A DNA stretch of 58,179 nt, filler included, from Nemertoderma westbladi (taxonomy: Eukaryota > Animalia > Xenacoelomorpha), in the NCBI GenBank assembly GCA_032718475.1. It is 2 parts of 2 records of this genome, joined end to end, with 100 filler letters (N's around TTAATTAATTAA, not from the genome) between each part and the next. Parts side by side here need not be neighbours in the genome. Positions count along the whole stretch, not along the records: positions 26,969 to 58,179 come from JAUCBJ010004739.1; 1 more part is not named here. One strand, given 5' to 3'. The notes beneath the pieces are model-generated. The model did not search any database. It saw only the letters and a program-made list of their open reading frames with translations, and was not told where the DNA came from. Below are positions 50,113-58,179 of the stretch, piece by piece. Within the stretch, counting starts at the first letter, position 1. Every line of letters starts with the position of its first letter. Both the position numbers and the translations under genes were made by a program.

Positions 50113-50939
50113 CTTTAGTCTTATCGGTGGATCGGTGGCTTTCAGTCAGTTCGGGCTGTTGGATTCTATTACTGTTAGGGCAGCTGCTAAGATTTTGTTA
50201 CTGTGACGGGATCCGAAAATCCCGATTTATCCGGTTGGTTTGTTCACACGTCCCCGCCGTGTATAAAAGAGTTATTAGAGTTCTTCCGTTGTTATTGATA
50301 TATGTATATGTGTATAAAGACATAGAATAAAGCAAGATAGCACAGTTGATGATAATACCGGTACTGATGGATGATGGTGGCGACGATGACGACGGTAACA
50401 AAAGTCACCATTCTGCCCTAGGTGTACTGAGATGACTGAAGTGATGATATGATACAGTGACTGGTAATATATATTTTACTGGTTGGCCGTATTACATTAC
50501 TCAGCCGATGCCTTCCCCCCATTGGCTAATAACTCACTTCTCACCCTCTCATCTCTCTGGGAGTGCCTCCCCCCGCTGCTGTCATTCCCTCTCTCTCAGA
50601 GGTGTAACCTCTGACCCCCATTATGCGTATGTCCTCTGGGGTTTCTTGTCCCCATCTCATCGGGGTGACACGAGGTTGATTGGCAATCAACCTCGTGTTC
50701 CCAATATTGCTTAAGGCGCTCTTTCCCACTTTATGGGGGTTGGTGTGGCGGAATTGAATACGCTCACACATTGACATTATTGCATTACAGTGTACATTAT
50801 TACATACCGGTACTGATTAGTATGGATTGAGAAATTGGATAGGCCTATATTTGGACGTCAATGGATGGTTAGGTTTGGTTTGGGAAACTAATATCACGTA
50901 GGCCTACCTAATCATATCTTTGCTGCGATAATTATTACT

Positions 50940-51390
50940 AGATCCACTGGCCCCCAGCCACCTTCAACAGACCATCATTGCCGGGGGGCACTCAGCTGAG
51001 GGGGCGGAGCGCATTAAAAACTCTTTTCACCCCGGGGCCTTTGAGACCTTTGGCCGCCCCGGTCTAGAGACATCCACCTTCCTCCAGGAGATCGGGGCTC
51101 TCTCCACAGTGCCACCCACGAACCGCGGTCACACCAGTTTCTGCTCCAGCGCCTGGAGATGGCAATTTTGGTTGGTAATGCAGCCTCAGTCATGGGGACA
51201 GCAACCACGCCGACCATCGGTCTATTCGGGGACTGAAAAGCCGAAACCAATCGAAACTGTCGAAATGGTTGCCAATGGAGTCACCAACGGGATGACGGCC
51301 AAAGATATTCAATATTCAATACTCTATCTCTGTATCTTATGCAATCTCAAATATTCAATTCGGTACTGTACCTTCAATTCAATATTCAAT
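50940..51390 (+). pseudogene. CRE-like 3' fragment inside TIR element copy B
   Basis: DPLAPSHLQQT..AEGAERIKN..FETFGRPG..FLQEIG..FLLQRLEMAILVGNAASVMGT plus TATTCAA tail. Confidence 0.65.
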
Positions 51391-52351
51391 CTTAGTATTA
51401 TTTCTGTGCTTCGTTATTTAATAATGTGATTAGATAAAAAATAAATTAATGAAATATAATTCATCTGTTAATTATTACAAAAAAAATCCAAAATTATATT
51501 AACATTTATATAGTTTTGAATTAAATGTTTCGAAATCAACAGTCATTCAATGAACATTTATACAGCAGTGTCATATATCGCGTATCCCTTGGTTTAATCA
51601 CTATTCTTTATTCAAGTATAACTGAATCCTGGCCCGCCGCCTTCACCCTCCACTGATAATTTAAAATCGTAACTCATTCAATCTTTGACTAAATTATACC
51701 AAACTTGGTAAACATGTAATCTTTGTCTATCGGCTAAAATAAACACAACTTGCTAAAAAATTCCCCCTATAGGCCTAATGTTTTTTCGTATAGAACAGGA
51801 TGCAATTTTATTTTTAATAGTAAATAAGCTGCTTTTGCGTCGATTTTCACCTGGAGAGGGAAGAATATTGATTGCCCCCCCCCCCCCCCCCCCCCCCTAC
51901 TTGCAGTTAAGTGAAAATATTTTGGCACCATTTAATTTTATTATCACGGTCGCGCATCAAGTAGTAGTCTGTCAAAAGATACAATTCATTATAAACATAA
52001 CACAATTAATTATAATAATTCTAAAAATATAAGGCAGATTTTCCTAAAGTTAGCTCTTTAGTCTTTAGCAATCTTATACATTGACAAGACTTTTAAAATA
52101 ATTGATGTTGAATAATTATTATTAAGATTAAAATATATTATTAGGAATTCGAAGAAAGCAAATTGTATTGAGTTAGTATTGGCAAGTTAATCTCACAAAC
52201 CAGTCTAGTCTAACTTTAGAGTAGCCTTGTTCGCATTCTTCCAGGTTTAGGCCTATAATTTCCACCGTCTCCGTTCCAGGTTTAATACTGTAATAGACTC
52301 CGTTATCCGTCTCGATCGCTTCGTTATGCACCATCTTACTGGGTTTAATAA

Positions 52352-55300
52352 GGACTTAGCAATAAACCAAAGTGTTTCCGCATTTGAGGGTCGGGTTGAA
52401 GTCCTTCATCAATAGAATTTACAGTTAAAGAAGGCGTGCTCTAATCAATAGAAATTCTGCGAATCCTTGGATAGATCTGCACGTGCTCGTAACCTAATAG
52501 TCACTGGAGTTTCGGAAACCAAGCCATTGTCAAACGCGGTATCTGACAGTGAAAAGTGTAACGTCATCGACTATTGCCCCCAATGACGTAACAGTCCGCC
52601 GACTAGGAAGAATGACGTCCGACAGAAACGGTTAACGGTACCAGACAACGACCCTTACTTGTGGTTCTTAGCCCCAACGTATGCGACTGTGCTGAGATTT
52701 TAAAGCATTCAAAGAACCTCAAGGAGAAGGAAATTCTCCGAAAGATTTATGATGACCGGACATGAACCCCGAGAGGCGAGAGATCATGCGGTTTCAGAAC
52801 GTTGCGAGAACCGAGTCCATAAAACCAGAAAATGCGGGTCGAGGTGTCTGGTACATCCCGTCTACAAGAAATATTACTAGGGACGGCGTAGTTATTCATT
52901 CGTATAATCCGATTTTTTAACCCTTTCGGTACCATGGCATTTATTCGATTTCTAAGAAGGGAAAATGTTGCTGGACTCTTAAGTACATGCTTCTATATGT
53001 TAGCAGCGCATTTCAGCTTGTATCTACTGTAATTTAACTACGGTAGGCCTAATGCAGACCTGCTTACAGAATGCCAGACTTTAGCAATAACAGAATAAGG
53101 CAGTACTGCAGTAAGGTAGGCCTAAACTGACTAAACATCCTAAACAAAAAAGCCTAAACAGACTGACCGACAGACAGACCGACAGAAGTCTGGATAGGGT
53201 CAAAAGTGAAAACTGACAGCGGAAATGAAATCCTTGACCAGGAAAACCCCAATAGAGAGAATTTTAATTAGCTAATGAGATTCCTTATATTTTTGACAGA
53301 CAGACAGACCGACAGACAGTCTGGATAGGGTCAAAAGTGAAAACTGACAGCGGAAATGAAATCCTTGACCAGGAAAACCCCCATAGAGAGAATTTTAATT
53401 AGCTAATGTGATTCCTTATATTTTTGACGGACAGAGCGACAGACAGACCGACAGACAGTCTGAATAGGGTCAAAAGTGAAAACTGACAGCGGAAATGAAT
53501 TCCTTGACCAGGAAAACCCCCACGGCGAGAATTTTAATTAGCTAATGTGATTCCTTATACTTTTGACGGACAGACTGACAGACAGACGGACAGACAGACC
53601 GACAGACAGTCTGGATAGGGTCAAAAGTAAAAACTGACAGCGGAAATAAAATCCTCGACAAGGAAAACCCCCATAGCGAGAATGTTAGTATATTTTATTC
53701 TTTCTAAAGTCTTGACAGACAAACTGACAGAAAGACTGACAGACTTCAGAAATTCATGAATTAGAGTTGGGCACTTGGGGGTTTGAATAATTTCCACTTA
53801 GGTACCGAAAGGGTTAAGTTCTAGCTGCGGTAACTCATCCACTCTAAATTTACTATCTTGGAACTCTGATGGTCTCAGGGAAAAATATCTCCTCAAGAAG
53901 GTCTTAGACTTATTTAATCAATGTGAAGTTATATTTATTCAAGAGATTAAATACTCTTACGATTTCGTTGTTCCTGGCTTCGTTGTGTTCAGGTCAAAGA
54001 GAGGTAAAGACTCGCACCGGGAAGGTTGTGCCATACTACGGCGACACCACATCTACTCCTCTGGTGTCTCAGTAGAATCAGATTCCGATATGATTTCGAT
54101 CCATCTGCATCTATATGTATTCTGTATTGTATTCTCTATTCTGTATTTACAGCTCCCCCTCAAACTCACGATATTACACGCAGGGAATTTGGGGCTGGTT
54201 ACAGGCAAAGATTTTGGGCGGTCCGCAGTGGAGGCAGTTTATCATTGCAGGCGATATTAACACCCGCCTCAGGTACCTCAGGACGACTACCGATAAGCTT
54301 CTCACTAATTCTATGGCCTATTGAAGGCCAGATGATTTAATTCTTAATGTGGTCGGTCAACGTGTTATCCAGTTATGTGAGGACCTGTATGCTTTACAAT
54401 GTAAGTTATTCATCTACAAGGCAAACCGCAATGGGCGGAGGGTTAACCTTCGGGAGGCAAGCTGGTTTTATTTCCGAATTGGACCATTGTCTACTCACTA
54501 CCAGCCTTGCCCCTTTTGTTACTGACTCTCATATTTGCCCAGAAAATCTACCTTCTGGACACGCTGCAATCTCGTTATCCATTGAGTTGGGAAACCAGCT
54601 TTCAGCAACCTTCATCGCAGAATGTTCAGCTATGTTGGGGGAATATGTAACATTCAGCTCTAAATCACAACTCTGTAGACGTCCTCTGAAGTCCCCGAAC
54701 ATAAACCCAACAAATTTCCTCACTTTGCTCGGTGATTCCGCTGAGATTGCTGTTAACGAATGCAAACCAGAACATTGACACAATTGTTTCGGCATTCAAA
54801 CAAGCGATATACAGCGCTGCTGCCTCAAGCCTCATACCGCACCCTACCCCCACGCGGGGCATTGGTGGAATGACACGGATGACCTCTTTTGGAATTCGCT
54901 CATTCGTAACAACGAGCCCACCACTATCTGGAAACGGATCGGTTGGTCTGGTAGTATAATGGACGCCAACTCCCATGTTAAACCAAAAGAAGAGGAATTC
55001 CAGTTTCATTTTGAATCTCTGTTGAACTCTGGAGATACCGACGAGCCATTCGACACGCAGGATTGTCCATTCATTCCTATACTCGACGACCCTATATCAG
55101 TGGAGGAAGTCCGAGAGGGCATACTAGAATTGAGAGCTTCAAAGGCTGCTGGCCTGGACGGAATCGGTCTAGGGTTGCTTAAATTCCTTTCGCTGCAGTG
55201 GATATTTGTTCACCCAGTAGTTGTTTCTTATTCACCTTGTTTATAAACCCGTTTATACGCATGCTACAGCTTTGTATGCCGGATGGCTTTTTAGATTCGC

Positions 55301-56825
55301 TGCACTTTCTAATCCTTATGGATGTAATTTTAGCGACCAACCGCGACCGTTGTGTATAGAATCCGGGTGTATTATTAAATTTTTGCTCAAAGTCGTGATT
55401 ATAAACCGTAAGAAAACCAAATTTATGGTTATTGGGAAAATCACTCCTGATGAGAAAAACGATATATATGTTAATGACAATGTATACGGGTGCCTTTCAA
55501 TCGAGAATTGTGACTCATATATTTACCTCGGGTCACCAATTACCCAAGACGGGTCAATGAACTCTGTATTGCTGTACATATGAGGGCTAAAATGAAACAT
55601 GTTAATAAGTATTTTGCTTTTCTAACGAAGCACTGCGAGACACCTGTTTTCGTGAAACTGAAAGTTTTCCGTGCCACATTGGTAGCCTCAATCTGCTACG
55701 GGTGCGATACGTGGATCGGTAACTCCGCTTCCACAATTGTAGTACATTACAATAATCTATTGTGTGCTGCTTTAGGGGTGCTCAATAATATTTGCAGAGA
55801 TATTTTGTATATTGAATCGGGTGAACCTGAGCCTACTGCAATGTTTCTGACTAGTCAACGAAATCTTATGCAGAAACTCATGACTAGGAGAAACTTGCAC
55901 AGACCCACATTTTTTCGCGAGCGAGCTCGTCTGCAAAGCTGGGACCCCTATGGGCGGGGTCATTTCAGGCCTTTTCAACAGACCAAATGACCCCGCTCAC
56001 ACAAAACTGTCCGAACTGCGCAACAGAGTGCTCATAAACAGCTCAACCCGTAATAAGGTTTACAAATCCTTCACTTGTGACGCCAACTATTTATACTCGG
56101 CCACAGCATGATATTCAGGAAGCAAACTGCAAAGCGTGGACCAGGTTCCGCCTTCTGTTGACGAATCTCAGTGTTGAGATAGGGAGATGGAACCGAGATC
56201 CGTATGAACGACGCTTATGCAAGTGTGGCTCGCCCCAATCCGAATCACATGTTATTTGTTCATGCCCCTTTGTTGAGGGCGTTAGGAATAAATACTCTCT
56301 AGATTATTGGTCCCCCTCCGCTGTCTTGTCTAGTGATCCAATACATACCATTATGCAATTCATATACAAACTGTTAGAAGTGCTGGAGATTTAGTATTTA
56401 TTCTATTTAGGTTTCGATTTGTTATATATTATGTAGTCGACATATTTTTCTAACTCTAATTTATTTATTTATATGTACGTAACGTTTGGGTTCTCTCTGA
56501 GTATATATACAAATTATTTATATGTACGTAACGTTTGGGTTCTCTCTGAGTATATATACAAATTATTTTCATCTTGTTTGTTACTCGGATTATGGTGTTT
56601 ATTTAGGATTATATGGATCTTTCAGAATCCTTGAGTGCCGCGGCTGGTACCCATTTTCTTTTATTTTATAGGTTTTGCTATACTTTACCGATATTATGAA
56701 TCATTATGATATTGCTTTTCACATTTCGTTTCGTAAAGTATCAATTTGTTGCGTTGAACTGATTATTGTGTTGTGTATATTGAATTCCAACTGGACCTTT
56801 CTGGTCAATAATAAATAATAAAAAT
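52352..56825 (+). mobile_element. Degenerate non-LTR retrotransposon (ORF1 remnant plus APE-RT-CCHC ORF2; RTEX/Proto2/L2-group, clade uncertain)
   Basis: RNLIVTGVSE (ORF1); LSWNSDGL, FIQE, IIAGDIN, ELDH (APE); PISVEEV..KAAGLDG, INRKKTKFM, YIYLG (RT, internally deleted); EIGRW..RLCKC..ESHV..C; AATAA-rich tail. Confidence 0.8.
52921..53813. mobile_element. piggyBac-type MITE
   Basis: TTAA TSD on both sides, 13-bp perfect TIR CCCTTTCGGTACC, four internal ~140-bp tandem units with GACA repeats. Confidence 0.9.
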
Positions 56826-57128
56826 ATATAAACAAACCCTGCACCGCTAATCATCGCAAAATGCACTGCAACGTTTGTCTCCCACCTTGGTGTTGTGCTC
56901 AAATCCGTTGCATAATTTTCACTGTACTTTCTCCGGACAAGCAGTTATCCTAGCAGCGCCTAATTGGAACCTATGTCTATTACTAGAAACTAGAGACTAT
57001 TCTCTAAAAAAAGGCAGTCTTACCGTATTGAATTATTCAAATATCAATTTAATTTATATTTGGTTTTGGGTATATGATTGTGATAAATATAAACTTGTAC
57101 AGCTATAAAGATATTCCCATTTCCTTAG

Positions 57129-57332
57129 GAGACCTATATTATTATGCAACCAGCCGATATTTGGCGCCCCGATATGATATGCATCAACTCAGCAGACACG
57201 CCACCCGATAAACCCGAATATTGGCACTTTAAAGTCTCAGTTAACTCAACAGGGTGGGTCTCACATGTGTACCCAGGTATCTATGCAACGTCATGCGAAG
57301 TGAAAACCAAATCATTTCCATTTGATACACAG
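57129..57332 (+). CDS. nAChR-like subunit, next coding exon
   Basis: Phase-0 acceptor TTCCTTAG|, IWRPDM..NS (loop A), Cys-loop start SCEVKTKSFPFDTQ, donor CAG|GTAAAT. Joins in frame with the exon ending at 36666. The gene continues beyond the window. Confidence 0.88.
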
Positions 57333-57361
57333 GTAAATCTTATTATTTAACATTTTGTTCT

Positions 57362-57670
57362 TATCTTTCTACCCCAGGGTAATAAAGCGATACGTTTCTG
57401 CCCAGGGCAATAAAGCTATTTGTTTTCTACCCAGGGTAATATAAAGTGATTTGTTTTCTACCCAGGGTAATATAAAGCCATTTGTTTTCTACCCAGGGTA
57501 ATATAAAGTGATTTGTTTTCTACCCAGGGCAATAAAGCAATTTGTTTTCTACCCAGGGTAATAAAGCGATTTCTTTTCCACCCAGGAAAATATAGCTTTT
57601 TAAAGCTATTGGTATTCTACCCAGGGTAATAAAGCTATTGATGTTCTACCCAGGATAATGAAGCAATTTG
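57362..57670. repeat. ~32-bp imperfect minisatellite (TTTTCTACCCAGGGTAATAAAGC..), ~10 copies
   Basis: Visible array just after the exon donor. Confidence 0.9.
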
Positions 57671-57699
57671 TGTGAACTCGTGTGCAGAACACTATTCAA

Positions 57700-57905
57700 C
57701 AAAGGGGGACCAATCTAAAACCTAAGTGTTTGCTATGCGAGGGGCCACACTACTTTGAGTAAGTGTGAGGAATGGCGAGGAAGGACAGGCGTAGTGTAAC
57801 TTGGGATAAGAGGTTATGTTACAACTGTTTGAGGAAAGGACCTTAGAGGAAGACCTGTTATTTAGACTCTAAGTGTGGAGCTAAACACCATTTGTTGCTA
57901 CACAG
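57700..57905 (+). pseudogene. Degenerate BEL/Pao Gag triple Zn-knuckle fragment
   Basis: KCLLCEGPH..SKC / KRLCYNCLRKG..C / KCGAKHHLLLH across frameshifts and a stop. Confidence 0.6.
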
Positions 57906-58179
57906 TGAGTTTGACAAGGTAAGTGAACCTAAACTGCATGTCCAATTCAGTGACATGAATGACACAGACCAGAGTTCGGAGATGGAAGGATTCTACACAG
58001 ATGAGTTTTCTGATGAGAACGAATCCTGTTATATTATTTACGCTGCCATCTATAGAGCCCTTACCCATGAGACGACGATTCACTGAGAGGAAATCAAACC
58101 ATCTATTCCTGATAAACAAGTTTTGTGGAAGGTCTCCAACCATCTATAGGCATCCGAGAATTTCCCGTGGTGCAGCTCA

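Larger units (their letters stand above)
37538..50768 (-). mobile_element. Non-autonomous BEL/Pao LTR retrotransposon (gag-protease only)
   Basis: 567-bp TG..CA LTRs at 37538-38104 and 50202-50768 (about 13 mismatches by eye), TSD CATTG, poly-G PPT next to 38104. No RT, RNase H or integrase motifs internally. Confidence 0.9.
37131..52351. mobile_element. TIR DNA transposon copy B (inverted relative to copy A, one end lost), interrupted by the BEL/Pao element
   Basis: 37131-37537 and 50769-52351 are the reverse complement of copy A (13915 down to ~10551), without copy A's SINE and CR1 inserts. Confidence 0.88.

Overview
Animal (invertebrate-like) nuclear DNA, very repeat-rich, split by an artificial 100-bp N/TTAATTAATTAA spacer at 26869-26968, so the two halves may not be adjacent in the genome. 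There are three host genes: an intronless Aurora kinase with a ~285-aa Gln/Pro/His repeat tail, an intronless GOPC/PIST, and two exons of a nicotinic-receptor-like Cys-loop channel subunit. The channel's ~20.5-kb intron holds a four-level nest (LINE > TIR element > BEL/Pao gag-pro-only LTR element > intact CsRn1-clade Gypsy) plus a piggyBac MITE. The left half has a CACTA/EnSpm-like element containing a truncated second Gypsy, and a second copy of the TIR element carrying CRE, SINE and CR1 inserts. The most novel-looking signal is that both diverged Gypsy polyproteins carry a two-helix hydrophobic, transmembrane-like hairpin between protease and RT, and the BEL/Pao protease ORF also has a TM-like stretch. 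Other notable signals are TA-site excision footprints shown by paralog comparison and a tRNA-like element with an embedded hammerhead-ribozyme-like core. All calls were made by eye; no searches were run.
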